Notes under the pieces: generated by a model
Seen by the model: the letters and a program-made list of their open reading frames with translations, nothing else
Told to the model about the DNA's origin: nothing
Database searches by the model: none
Shown: positions 1 through 9,382 of the stretch, piece by piece
Position numbering within the stretch: the stretch's first letter is position 1
How the letters are laid out: the number at the start of each line of letters is the position of its first letter
Program-made: the position numbers and the translations under genes
DNA from: Saprospirales bacterium
Lineage (GTDB): Bacteria; Bacteroidota; Bacteroidia; Chitinophagales; JADJOU01
NCBI GenBank assembly: GCA_947441115.1
Contig: CANESS010000003.1
Span: forward strand, 1-45,127
DNA: 45,127 bases
Direction of reading: 5' to 3'

Positions 1-351
1 ATGTCTCTCCACATCATAGGCTGCCCTACCCTGCGCGAGCCCAATGGACTAGCTATGAGCAGCCGAAACATGCGCCTATCAGAAGATGGCAAACAAAAAG
101 CGGGTGATATCTATCCAGTCTTAGATTTTATTCGAACACATCGTATGAAAGCTACGCCAGAGGACATACTAGCTCAGGCAAAAGATAAGATAGTCTCAAA
201 AGGCTACTGGGATTTGGAATATTTAGAACTACGAAATGCACATGACCTCTCAGAGATAGACCTACAGCAGTGGCAGGAAGGTGTGGATTATGTAGCCCTC
301 TATGCCGGATGGCTAGAAGGAGTGCGGCTGATAGATAATCTCAGTCTGTAA
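1..351 (+). CDS. panC: pantoate--beta-alanine ligase, C-terminal part (5' end lies outside the window)
   Basis: PTLREPNGLAMSSRN motif and terminal GVRLIDNL motif of PanC; only 116 aa are visible, so the ATG at position 1 is probably internal. Confidence 0.93.
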   Translation: MSLHIIGCPTLREPNGLAMSSRNMRLSEDGKQKAGDIYPVLDFIRTHRMKATPEDILAQAKDKIVSKGYWDLEYLELRNAHDLSEIDLQQWQEGVDYVALYAGWLEGVRLIDNLSL

Positions 352-357
352 AAGTCT

Positions 358-453
358 GTCATCATAGCTCATCTTTCCGACATGGCGGGTCATCTATCCG
401 TCATCATGCTTCATTTATTCGTCATGGTGGCTCATCTATTCGTCATGGTGGCT
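358..453. repeat. degenerate 21-bp tandem repeat, about 4.5 copies (consensus ~GTCATGGTGGCTCATCTATTC)
   Basis: units gtcatcatagctcatctttcc / gacatggcgggtcatctatcc / gtcatcatgcttcatttattc / gtcatggtggctcatctattc / gtcatggtggct at 358, 379, 400, 421, 442. Confidence 0.85.
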
Positions 454-636
454 ATAGCTATGGAGGTCCATGTCCGCCAGTAGGTCATGGTATTCATAAA
501 TATACGATGACTATTTATGCCCTAGATATAGAAAAGTTAGATTTAAACTAAGACACTAATGCGGCTATTGTAGGATTTAATATAAACGCTCATACGATAG
601 AAAAAGCAAGCTTAGTTTTTGTATTACAAAAGATAG
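450..636 (+). pseudogene. YbhB/YbcL (PEBP, Raf kinase inhibitor-like) family remnant, C-terminal half only
   Basis: hand translation GYSYGGPCPPVGHGIHKYTMTIYALDIEKLDLN*DTNAAIVGFNINAHTIEKASLV, then after a frameshift YYKR*; YGGPCPP-GHG-H-Y-TIYALD is the family signature; internal TAA at 549-551; N-terminal half absent. Confidence 0.85.
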
Positions 637-647
637 TCGATTATTCC

Positions 648-655
648 TATCTTTG
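648..655 (+). promoter_or_regulatory. Bacteroidota -7 promoter element (TATCTTTG)
   Basis: matches TAnnTTTG, about 40 bp upstream of the ATG at 695. Confidence 0.55.
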
Positions 656-694
656 TGATAATCAATTTACTTAAAAAAATTCACTAAAATCTTA

Positions 695-3600
695 ATGAAG
701 CTCATTTTTACTTTATTTGTTTTATTCCTATGCTGCGAATTGGTGGCATCGCATCTGAATGCAGATAAAACTCACTTAGGTCAGCAATCCAACTTGGGCT
801 TTGAAAAGAATCTAGGACAGGTGCGAGGGGAAGACAAAGACCTCGTCCAGTATTTCTATAAATCTGGGAATCTCACTGTGTTTTTAAATAAAAAAGGACT
901 GACGTATCAGTTTGATCAATGGGAACCTATAAGCCAGACAACAGATAAAAAAACAAACTCCAAACATGAGTCCTATCGAATGGATATGGAGCTCAGCGGA
1001 GCGAATTATTCTGCTACAATTATAGAAGAAGAGCCTCTAACGAGCTATACTAACTATTATAATTTCAATATTCTCAACGTAAATTCATATAAAAAAATTA
1101 CCTATAAAAATATCTACCCGAATATTGACTGGGTCATTTATTTCAATTCATCAGACTCCAAAAAAGAGCAATTCCTGAAATATGATTTCTTGGTACACCC
1201 TGGTGGAAAGCCTGAGCAGATAAAACTAAAAATAAAGTGGGCTGAACAGGCGAATATAGATGGTCAAGGAAATTTACACTTGATGAATTCTCTAGGGAAA
1301 ATTATAGAGGCTAAGCCTATAAGTTATCAAGATCAGACGATTCCGATAGCATCTTCATTTGAATTAAACCAAGACATTCTAAGTTTTCGACTTGGGAGCT
1401 ACGACCCAACAAAAACCTTGACAATAGACCCACTGCTGCAGTGGGCGACCTACTATGGTGGTGGTGCACTGGAGAGGGGCGGATTCACGACTATAGATGG
1501 TTCTGGATTTGTATACTTATGTGGCCACACAGCTTCTACTACTACGATAGCTTCTGGAGGTCATCAGACTGCCTATGGGGGTGGTTTAAATGATGCCTTT
1601 TTAGTCAAGTTTAATTCCTCTGGAGTACGTCAATGGGCGACCTATTATGGAGGTACGGATGATGATAGAGGCGCCTTCTGCCATGTAGATAAAAACAATA
1701 ATGTATATCTCTGTGGGACAACACTCTCGACAGCGAGTATGGCCTCTGGGGGTCATCAAAATACACATGGTGGTGATCGAGATGGTTTTCTAGTCAAGTT
1801 TAATGCAGCAGGCACCCGCCAATGGGCGACCTACTATGGTGGTAGCAATCACGAAGATCATACTACCTGCGCTACGGATACTGGGCTCAATGTGTATATG
1901 GCTGGAACAACAGAATCGAACAATAATATCTTTGCGACTGGAGGATTTCAAAATACATTTGGTAATCTGACTGATGCTTATTTGGTCAAATTTAATGCGA
2001 GTGGAACCCGCCAATGGGGAACCTACTATGGCGGTACAAACTTCGATGAGGGCGCGCAATGCGCAGTAGATAAGCAAGGCAGCGTCTTTCTTTGCGGCAC
2101 TACTCAATCTACTACGAATATCTCTGGCTCTGGATTTCAAAATACAAAAAATAGTGGGCGGGATGGTTTCCTAGCGAAGTTCAATCCGAATGGCACTAGA
2201 CAATGGGGGACCTATTATGGAGGTCCGTCTGCTGACTTTGGCAATTCAGTCTGTGTAGATACTTTACTCAATGTTTATTTATCTGGCTTCACTTATTCTA
2301 CCAGTTCGATAGCTAGTGGAGGATTTCAAAATTCCTTTGGAGGTGCGAATGATGCCTATTTAGTAAAATTTAATACGAATGGCTCGAGACTATGGGGAAC
2401 CTACTATGGCGGATCCAACGGTGATTATGGACCACACTGCATTACCGATAAATTTAACAATGTTTATCTCACAGGCTATACGCTCTCGACCAATGCCATT
2501 GCATTTGCAGGCATTAAAAATGTATTTGGTGGTAACATTGAGGGGTTTGTTGCTAAATTTAACCCTAGTGGCACCAGATTCTGGGGAACCTACTATGGCG
2601 GCGCCAATGATGATTATCTCTACTCGAGTGTGCCTGATGGATTTGGAAATATATATTATTCAGGGGTTACCCTTTCCAGTGCGCTCATCTCATCTGGAGG
2701 GCATCAAAATACCTATGGTGGTGCAGAAGATGCCTTTCTAGTCAAAATGTCAGAAGACCCTATTCCATATGTAGAAATATTTAGTAATAAAGGAGATACG
2801 ATCTGCCAAGGAGATAGTATCATATTTTCCAGAACAGACATCAATGGAGGTACGAACCCTAAATATAGATGGTTTAGAAATAACGTACTAGTGGATACTA
2901 CACTAAATTTTAAAAGCGGTGGTTTCTCAACAGGAGATAGTGTCAAGTGTCTAATGATCAGTAATGCTGTAGGATTACTTTACGACTCAGCCTGGAGTTT
3001 GACTATCCGATTTTTCGTGCATCCCAAGAAGTTCACTACACTCAATATTCAGCTCTGTCGACCGCAGACCTATTTTTTCAAAAGTCAAGCGAGAAGTGCG
3101 ACGGGTACAATAATAGATACGCTAGCAAGCAGTAAAGGCTGTGATAGTATAATTACACTCAATCTGACGATGAAAGATACGAGTAGTTTCAATCGATATG
3201 ATACCATCTGCTCCAATCAATCCTTATTTTTTAATGGACTGCCTAGAAGCACAGCGGGCATTTATAAGGATACCTTAGTAGCAGCCAATAGTTGTGATAG
3301 CTTTATTTATTTACATTTATCGATAAAATCGACTACTACCAGAACAATTGACTCCTCTATCTGTCCTAAAAACCCTTACTTCTTTAACGGAGACTGGCGG
3401 ACTGCCTCAGGGACTTATTTAGACACATTAATAAATTATAGGGGCTGTGATAGTTTTATCACGTTAAAACTTACTGTAAAAGCGAATAGCACTAAAACGA
3501 TTGATACCGCTATATGCAGTGGACGCTCCTATTGGTTCAAAGGGCAGAATCGAACAACCACCGGCACATATAGAGATACATTGACCAATAGTGTAGGTTG

Positions 3601-5494
3601 CGATAGTTTTGTTATTTTAAATCTAACTATCAAGGCCTTATCATTGAGAAATCTCCCTGTTACATTGTGTGACAATCAATCTTATGTATTTAAAGGAATA
3701 CCAAGGACTGCAGCAGGAATATATCGAGACACGCTTGTTAACAGTTTAGGCTGTGATTCAATAGTAACTCTCAATCTGACAGTAAATTCTAGAACCTATA
3801 GAACTATTTCTGACACCATCTGCTCTAACCAAGTTTATTCTTTCGATGGAAAAAATTTGAATGTAAGCGGCATTTATTACGATACATTACTAAACAGTAA
3901 AAACTGTGATAGTATTATAACGCTAAACCTATTTGTAAAGTCTATTTCGGCATTCAGCTTCAATCAATCCATTTGCTCAAACTCGAGTTATTTTTTCAAT
4001 GGATTGAATCGCACCACTGCTGGAATATATTTAGACACTCTAGTAAATAGTAGAGGCTGTGATAGCCTTTTCACGATGAACCTCACAATAAAAACTGCGA
4101 GCTCGTTTAGCTATAATCAAGAAATCTGCGTAGGTGATTCTATCCTATTCAATGGGGGTTATAGAAAGGTAAGTGGTACATTTCTAGATACCTTGGTCAA
4201 TAGCCAAGTTTGTGATAGCTTTATTACTTTAAATCTTGTCGTTCGGAATCCATCATTTTATAGTTTCAGCCTATCTCAGTGTAAAAATAATCCATACTTT
4301 TTCAATGGTTCTTTTCGCAATATCAGTGGTATATATAGAGATACATTGACTAATCAATACGGCTGTGATAGCTTTATTACATTAAATTATACTTCAAGAG
4401 ATACATCGAGTTATAGCTTTTCTGCAGAGGTTTGTCAAGGGGGTAGTTACTTATTCGGCAGCATACTCCGCACCGTTTCTGGCACCTACAAATTTACAAC
4501 CTTAAATACTAATGGATGCGATAGTGTTGTCACTTTAAATTTAACTGTTTACCCTACCTATTCTAGAACTATAGATACTAGTGTCTGCATAGGGAATTCC
4601 GTATTTTTCAAAGGCGGATTTATTTCCCTACCAGGAACATACACTGACAGTCTAAAATCCATATATAATTGCGATAGTTTGATTATTCTTAAACTCAACT
4701 ACAGTAACCCATCGTCTAAGAGGCTATACAGAAAATTCTGCCACAATTCAGGCGTTTGGTTTAACGGAATCTTTCAAACTAAAAGTGGTACTTATACTGA
4801 TACACTAGTCAATGCTAAAGGATGTGATAGTTTTTTAACTATGGTCTTATTTAAAGATACGGTGTATGTAAAAAATATTTCAGACTCCATCTGCGCGTAT
4901 GATAGTTTTAACTTCAATGGAAAGTTTTTAAAACTAGCTGGAGTTTATACTGATACGCTGAAAAATGCAGGAGGATGTGATAGTATTATCACGCTCAATT
5001 TAGTTAAATTTAGTCCAAGCACAATTACTCTATCCAAATATATCGCTAATGTCCTAATAACGCAAATTGGATTTCTCTCCTACCAATGGTTTTGGAATAA
5101 TACCTTTCTACCTAATGAAAAACGATACTATGCAGAGGTGAATAAATCTGGCAATTACAAGGTAATAGCATTAGATACCAATAAATGCTTCGCGAGTACT
5201 AATGACTATAATTTTATAACAAGCCGTATTTCTAATCTTAATAATGAGCATTTAGTCTTATTTCCTATCCCGGTCAAGGATAAATTGACTATTGAATTTA
5301 TCAATAGAAGTAAACCAATATCTGGAAGAATTGTTATTTATAATTTAGAGGGCAGAGCCATTCTGGAAAAAATATTTACACAAAATATGAATCCATTAGA
5401 AATAATGGTAGACCAACTTCCTAATGGAAACTATATCTTAGAATGTGGGATTGACACCGAAACAATTCACGAAAAAATATCTATAGAAAGGTAA
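695..5494 (+). CDS. large secreted protein: signal peptide, N-terminal domain, 7 SBBP beta-propeller repeats, 13 Cys-containing 'CDS' repeats of ~51 aa, T9SS type A C-terminal sorting domain
   Basis: seven (Q/L/F)W(A/G)TYYGG repeats; thirteen xxCDSxxxLxLxx repeats; C-terminus LFPIPVKDKLTI...IYNLEGR...LPNGNYIL...KISIER typical of a T9SS CTD. Confidence 0.88.
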   Translation: MKLIFTLFVLFLCCELVASHLNADKTHLGQQSNLGFEKNLGQVRGEDKDLVQYFYKSGNLTVFLNKKGLTYQFDQWEPISQTTDKKTNSKHESYRMDMELSGANYSATIIEEEPLTSYTNYYNFNILNVNSYKKITYKNIYPNIDWVIYFNSSDSKKEQFLKYDFLVHPGGKPEQIKLKIKWAEQANIDGQGNLHLMNSLGKIIEAKPISYQDQTIPIASSFELNQDILSFRLGSYDPTKTLTIDPLLQWATYYGGGALERGGFTTIDGSGFVYLCGHTASTTTIASGGHQTAYGGGLNDAFLVKFNSSGVRQWATYYGGTDDDRGAFCHVDKNNNVYLCGTTLSTASMASGGHQNTHGGDRDGFLVKFNAAGTRQWATYYGGSNHEDHTTCATDTGLNVYMAGTTESNNNIFATGGFQNTFGNLTDAYLVKFNASGTRQWGTYYGGTNFDEGAQCAVDKQGSVFLCGTTQSTTNISGSGFQNTKNSGRDGFLAKFNPNGTRQWGTYYGGPSADFGNSVCVDTLLNVYLSGFTYSTSSIASGGFQNSFGGANDAYLVKFNTNGSRLWGTYYGGSNGDYGPHCITDKFNNVYLTGYTLSTNAIAFAGIKNVFGGNIEGFVAKFNPSGTRFWGTYYGGANDDYLYSSVPDGFGNIYYSGVTLSSALISSGGHQNTYGGAEDAFLVKMSEDPIPYVEIFSNKGDTICQGDSIIFSRTDINGGTNPKYRWFRNNVLVDTTLNFKSGGFSTGDSVKCLMISNAVGLLYDSAWSLTIRFFVHPKKFTTLNIQLCRPQTYFFKSQARSATGTIIDTLASSKGCDSIITLNLTMKDTSSFNRYDTICSNQSLFFNGLPRSTAGIYKDTLVAANSCDSFIYLHLSIKSTTTRTIDSSICPKNPYFFNGDWRTASGTYLDTLINYRGCDSFITLKLTVKANSTKTIDTAICSGRSYWFKGQNRTTTGTYRDTLTNSVGCDSFVILNLTIKALSLRNLPVTLCDNQSYVFKGIPRTAAGIYRDTLVNSLGCDSIVTLNLTVNSRTYRTISDTICSNQVYSFDGKNLNVSGIYYDTLLNSKNCDSIITLNLFVKSISAFSFNQSICSNSSYFFNGLNRTTAGIYLDTLVNSRGCDSLFTMNLTIKTASSFSYNQEICVGDSILFNGGYRKVSGTFLDTLVNSQVCDSFITLNLVVRNPSFYSFSLSQCKNNPYFFNGSFRNISGIYRDTLTNQYGCDSFITLNYTSRDTSSYSFSAEVCQGGSYLFGSILRTVSGTYKFTTLNTNGCDSVVTLNLTVYPTYSRTIDTSVCIGNSVFFKGGFISLPGTYTDSLKSIYNCDSLIILKLNYSNPSSKRLYRKFCHNSGVWFNGIFQTKSGTYTDTLVNAKGCDSFLTMVLFKDTVYVKNISDSICAYDSFNFNGKFLKLAGVYTDTLKNAGGCDSIITLNLVKFSPSTITLSKYIANVLITQIGFLSYQWFWNNTFLPNEKRYYAEVNKSGNYKVIALDTNKCFASTNDYNFITSRISNLNNEHLVLFPIPVKDKLTIEFINRSKPISGRIVIYNLEGRAILEKIFTQNMNPLEIMVDQLPNGNYILECGIDTETIHEKISIER

Positions 5495-5627
5495 GGAATG
5501 AGTAAGTGTTTTTATATATTATTGTATGGTTTTTTAATTTTAAAATTGATATAAATTATTGTAGTTTTATACACTTAAGGAGTTATAGCTGATTTTTAAA
5601 TTATCTCCTAGTTTAAAACCAAAGTAT

Positions 5628-6203
5628 ATGAAAAAATTAAGTTCGTCAATTCTAATCTTCATTTTCGCAATTTATCTTTCTGCTCAAGATAGAGAGGTTA
5701 ATTCAATAAATGCCTTTAGAAACGAGTTAAATAGTTTAATAAGAGTAAACGAAGAACAACGAGAAACAGTCAGCAGGTTGAAATATGTCATTATAAAAAA
5801 AGAAGAGTCTTTAAAAGTAATATCCAAAGCTGAAAATAAGGGTGAAGAATTTCGAATTCTACTTGGTGTTCAAAGTAAGTCAATTCAAGCCATAGCTAGT
5901 CATAAAATGCTTATTGGTAGCATGGTTAATGAGAAAATAGTGCATAATATTGCCGGATTTCAAAATGCGAATGATGCATTTTTCTTATCACAAGAGTTGC
6001 GAAAACATAATTTAGCTATTTTTTTTGTTACGAGGTATATAAATGGTGTCAGAGATTATAGCTATATATTTGCCCCATATCAGACGCATACTAATTATAC
6101 TCCGCCACATCATAGCTACTATCCGTATGCAACAAAAACAAGACCTTCCAACGTATCTGATCGTGAGCCTGAATTAGTTGAACATAAAAAAATCCCACTG
6201 TAA
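5628..6203 (+). CDS. secreted hypothetical protein, coiled-coil plus possible degenerate SPOR-like domain
   Basis: signal peptide; FRILLG...AGFQNANDAFFLSQELRKHNLAIFFVTRYINGVR follows the SPOR-like pattern, recognised by eye only. Confidence 0.5.
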   Translation: MKKLSSSILIFIFAIYLSAQDREVNSINAFRNELNSLIRVNEEQRETVSRLKYVIIKKEESLKVISKAENKGEEFRILLGVQSKSIQAIASHKMLIGSMVNEKIVHNIAGFQNANDAFFLSQELRKHNLAIFFVTRYINGVRDYSYIFAPYQTHTNYTPPHHSYYPYATKTRPSNVSDREPELVEHKKIPL

Positions 6204-6245
6204 CAAATAGAAAAGTAATGATTATCAAAAATTAATTGAAAAGCT

Positions 6246-6884
6246 ATGTATACTATAAAATTTGGAGAGAATACACTGCGAATATTAAATGATATAGGTG
6301 CTTTTTCCTTTAAGAAAATAGGTAAAAACAAAGCTGTGGTTTATAATTATACTAAAGCTAAAAAACTAATAGATCTGATTAGAGAAGTCAAGTATTCCAC
6401 CGTAAAAAATCATATCATATTTCATAGTGATACTCAATTAGTTTTTAAAGAATTGGCTAAGAACTTTACCTGTATCAATGCAGGCGGAGGACTCGTCATT
6501 AATGAACAAAATCAAATACTTTTTATTTTTCGAAATGGCAAATGGGATTTACCTAAAGGCAAGATAGAAGCTAATGAAACCAATGAACTAGGAGCCGTGC
6601 GTGAAGTAGAGGAGGAGTGTGGAGTTAAGATTTCAAAACTAGAAGGAAAAATAGATGTTACTTATCACACTTATTTATTAGATAATAAACATATTCTAAA
6701 GTCTAATCATTGGTTTCTGATGCATGCAGATTCTAATCAGAAGCTTATACCTCAGGCCGAAGAGAATATAGAAAAAGTGGAGTGGAAGAAGAAAGAAGAA
6801 ATCGATAGTCTTTTAGAAAATAGCTATGATTCCATAAAAGAACTTATGGAACTTTATAAGAAAGATTTCAAGAAGGACTTATAG
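6246..6884 (+). CDS. NUDIX hydrolase
   Basis: Nudix box GKIEANETNELGAVREVEEECG preceded by WDLPKG. Confidence 0.92.
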   Translation: MYTIKFGENTLRILNDIGAFSFKKIGKNKAVVYNYTKAKKLIDLIREVKYSTVKNHIIFHSDTQLVFKELAKNFTCINAGGGLVINEQNQILFIFRNGKWDLPKGKIEANETNELGAVREVEEECGVKISKLEGKIDVTYHTYLLDNKHILKSNHWFLMHADSNQKLIPQAEENIEKVEWKKKEEIDSLLENSYDSIKELMELYKKDFKKDL

Positions 6885-7601
6885 GAATTCTGACCTATTC
6901 TGTCTTTTTCGCAGCCAAAAAATTAGGCTAAAGAAAAGTAGAAACCCTAATCCAAGAATGAAAAGCCATTTAGTATCCCAGTTTGTATGATCTGCAAGAT
7001 ACTTCTTTGCCATAGCATTGCCAGGTTCGATAGATAGCGCTTGTTTTAAATCATCTTGAGCATCCTCTTTATTTCCCAGCTTAGCACGAATTTCTGCTCT
7101 ATTTACATAGTATTGTGCCTGCTTTTCATCTAGAAGAATGGCTGTGCCATAGAGCTGGTCGGCATGCTCATAGTTGCCACGTAGAAACTGACTATTTCCC
7201 CAATTGGCGTAAAACTCCGATCGTCTAGAGTTAAGTCTTACCGCGTTTTTGAAACAAAACTCTGCAGAATCATAATGCTTCAAATTAGTAAAGCACAAAC
7301 CTAGCATATGCCAACTGCTCTCATCATTTTCTTGAAGTGCTAGCACATTTTTAAACATAATAGAGGCCTTTTGGTATGACTTCATATCATACTCTATCTT
7401 CGCTCTATAGTATTTACATTCATCATTTTTAGGATTTAATAAAATACAACTATCTAGTTTTTCTTTAGCTAGTAGGAGATCTTTGGCCTGATACAACTGA
7501 GAACCATAATACATAAGCGTATCAGAGTATGCAAGTGTCTGTGACTTTAGAATGAAAGTGCTAAATAATACTTGGAAAACAATTGATAATGTATATTTCA
7601 T
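6879..7601 (-). CDS. tetratricopeptide repeat protein with C-terminal transmembrane anchor
   Basis: several TPR-like helical repeats (WHMLGLCF, YANWGNSQF, YYVNRAEIR); signal peptide; hydrophobic C-terminal helix followed by RKR. Confidence 0.85.
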   Translation of the reverse strand: MKYTLSIVFQVLFSTFILKSQTLAYSDTLMYYGSQLYQAKDLLLAKEKLDSCILLNPKNDECKYYRAKIEYDMKSYQKASIMFKNVLALQENDESSWHMLGLCFTNLKHYDSAEFCFKNAVRLNSRRSEFYANWGNSQFLRGNYEHADQLYGTAILLDEKQAQYYVNRAEIRAKLGNKEDAQDDLKQALSIEPGNAMAKKYLADHTNWDTKWLFILGLGFLLFFSLIFWLRKRQNRSEFL

Positions 7602-7615
7602 AAAATAGTTTTTAT

Positions 7616-9001
7616 TTATATATCTACATCTGACTCAGAATCCTCTATATCTGCTCTTCGCAAAATACTCTCTGGCAGTGCCTTCTTAGCTTTTGCTCCC
7701 ATTTTCTTTAATTTTTCTATGCTATGAATGATGTTTCCACGACCATCCACGAGTTTATTCATAGCCTCTGTATATTCCTTTTTAGAATCATCTATTCTCT
7801 TTCCTATTTGTATGAGATCAGTAACGAATCCTTCAAACTTGTCATAAAGTGCGCCTGCTTGTCGTGCAATTTCCAAAGCATTTTCTTGCTGCTTTTGATT
7901 GACCCACATGGAATCTATGGTACGCAAAGTAGCTAATAGAGTCGAAGGAGTCACAATGACAATATTCTTTTCAAAAGCTTTGTTATAAAGCGATGTATCT
8001 GAATTAATGGCGAGTGAAAATGCAGTCTCTATTGGAATAAACATGAGCACGAAATCAGGAGACTCCATTTGGTAGAGATCTTGATAATTTTTTTCACTCA
8101 GCTGATCTATATGTCTTTTGATAGACTGGAGATGCATAGAAAGCATTTCTTCTTTGGTGACATCTTCTTCCTCATTGATATAGCGCTCATAGCTCACCAA
8201 GGATACTTTAGAATCTACGATCATCTTTTTCCCATCCGGGAGATTGATCACTATATCTGGAAATACTTTGGCTCCATCTACTGTATCAAAACTCTTTTGC
8301 ACGAAATATTCACGATCCTTTTCGAGTCCAGATTTTTCAAGCACTTTTTCTAAAATCATTTCCCCCCAGTTTCCCTGCATTTTAGCATCCCCCTTGAGTG
8401 CCTTCGTAAGATTTAGTGTCTCTCGACTCATCTGCTCGTGCACTTCACGTAGACCTCTTATCTGTTGGTGCAGTGCTGCATTAAATCCTATATTTTCCTT
8501 ATGGGTATCCTCCACTTTCTTCTCAAAAAGAAGTATTTTCTCTTGTAATGGTGATAATATAGTTTTTAGATTTTCTTTATTCTGCTCGGTAAATTTGTTC
8601 GATTTCTCCTCTAAAATTTTATTTGCTAGAAGCTCAAAATCTTTTGTAAACCGCTCTTGTAACTTCTCTACTTCTTGTTTTTGTTCGGTTAATTTGACTA
8701 ATAATCCCTCCCCTTCTGTCTGCTTGTGTGCTAGCGTAATTGAAATCTGATCCTTTTCACCTCTTAATCCATCTATTAGCTGCTTGGATTGAATTAATTC
8801 TGATTTTACATGTTCTAGTTCTGAACTTAAAACGAGAATCTTAGACTCTGTCTGATGTGCGCTCTTGCTCACTTTCAATTGGCTAAATAAATAACCTAGA
8901 AACAAGCCTATGATAAGAGAAAACAGTGGGAAAATAAATTGGATAACAACGTCTGACATCAACATATATTTAGATACAAGAATACGAATAAGAAGCGTCA
9001 A
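7616..9001 (-). CDS. rmuC: DNA recombination protein RmuC (true start probably a few codons downstream of the TTG)
   Basis: N-terminal TM plus coiled coil; QGNWGEMILE, PDIVINLP, IVDSKVSL, DFVLMFIP, TPSTLLATL motifs. Confidence 0.95.
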   Translation of the reverse strand: MTLLIRILVSKYMLMSDVVIQFIFPLFSLIIGLFLGYLFSQLKVSKSAHQTESKILVLSSELEHVKSELIQSKQLIDGLRGEKDQISITLAHKQTEGEGLLVKLTEQKQEVEKLQERFTKDFELLANKILEEKSNKFTEQNKENLKTILSPLQEKILLFEKKVEDTHKENIGFNAALHQQIRGLREVHEQMSRETLNLTKALKGDAKMQGNWGEMILEKVLEKSGLEKDREYFVQKSFDTVDGAKVFPDIVINLPDGKKMIVDSKVSLVSYERYINEEEDVTKEEMLSMHLQSIKRHIDQLSEKNYQDLYQMESPDFVLMFIPIETAFSLAINSDTSLYNKAFEKNIVIVTPSTLLATLRTIDSMWVNQKQQENALEIARQAGALYDKFEGFVTDLIQIGKRIDDSKKEYTEAMNKLVDGRGNIIHSIEKLKKMGAKAKKALPESILRRADIEDSESDVDI

Positions 9002-9024
9002 ATCTTGTCATAATATAGAATAAA

Positions 9025-9381
9025 TTATACTCCTAATAATTTATAGCGCATAGTCATTGCTATAGTATTGGCTCTAGAAATAGCTTCATCGGTTTTATCA
9101 CCTTCAAAATTTTCTCGTAGGGTAGATTCAAAATGCCTCAACCATATAGGAAAATCTTCTTTTTTTAAAGACAAATGCTGATGGGTCTCCATCATATTTC
9201 TCTTATAACTCAGCGTCCCCAATAAAATAGTAGACCAGAAGCTATATATTCTAGGCATATGCTCCTCCAGATTTAAATTTAAGAAGAGATGATTGATTCT
9301 TTCGTCTGCTAGCAATTTCTGGTAAAATATATCTGAAAACAACTTGACATCGTTTTCAGTTTCTATATCGCTTAACATCAT
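9025..9381 (-). CDS. group III truncated hemoglobin
   Basis: 118 aa; FYQKLLADERINHLF, HMPRIYSFWSTILLG, F..WL..F pattern of trHbP. Confidence 0.85.
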   Translation of the reverse strand: MMLSDIETENDVKLFSDIFYQKLLADERINHLFLNLNLEEHMPRIYSFWSTILLGTLSYKRNMMETHQHLSLKKEDFPIWLRHFESTLRENFEGDKTDEAISRANTIAMTMRYKLLGV

Positions 9382-9382
9382 C

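Noticed and set aside
358-453. CRISPR array
   Set aside because: Units are contiguous 21-mers with no unique spacers, and there are no cas genes in the window.
1790-2946. Short ORFs 1790-2140, 2379-2741 and 2713-2946
   Set aside because: Shadow or alternate-frame ORFs inside a well-supported gene, with no recognisable motifs. The same applies to the short antisense ORFs within rmuC, the ABC ATPase, sucB, skp, both TonB-dependent receptors, typA, ahcY, acs, folD and queE.
1440-5010. Periodic DNA motifs (acctactatgg, tgtgatag) as a non-coding repeat array or a DGR template/variable-repeat pair
   Set aside because: Fully explained by protein-level repeats inside the 1599-aa ORF; no reverse transcriptase and no adenine-specific mismatch pair seen.
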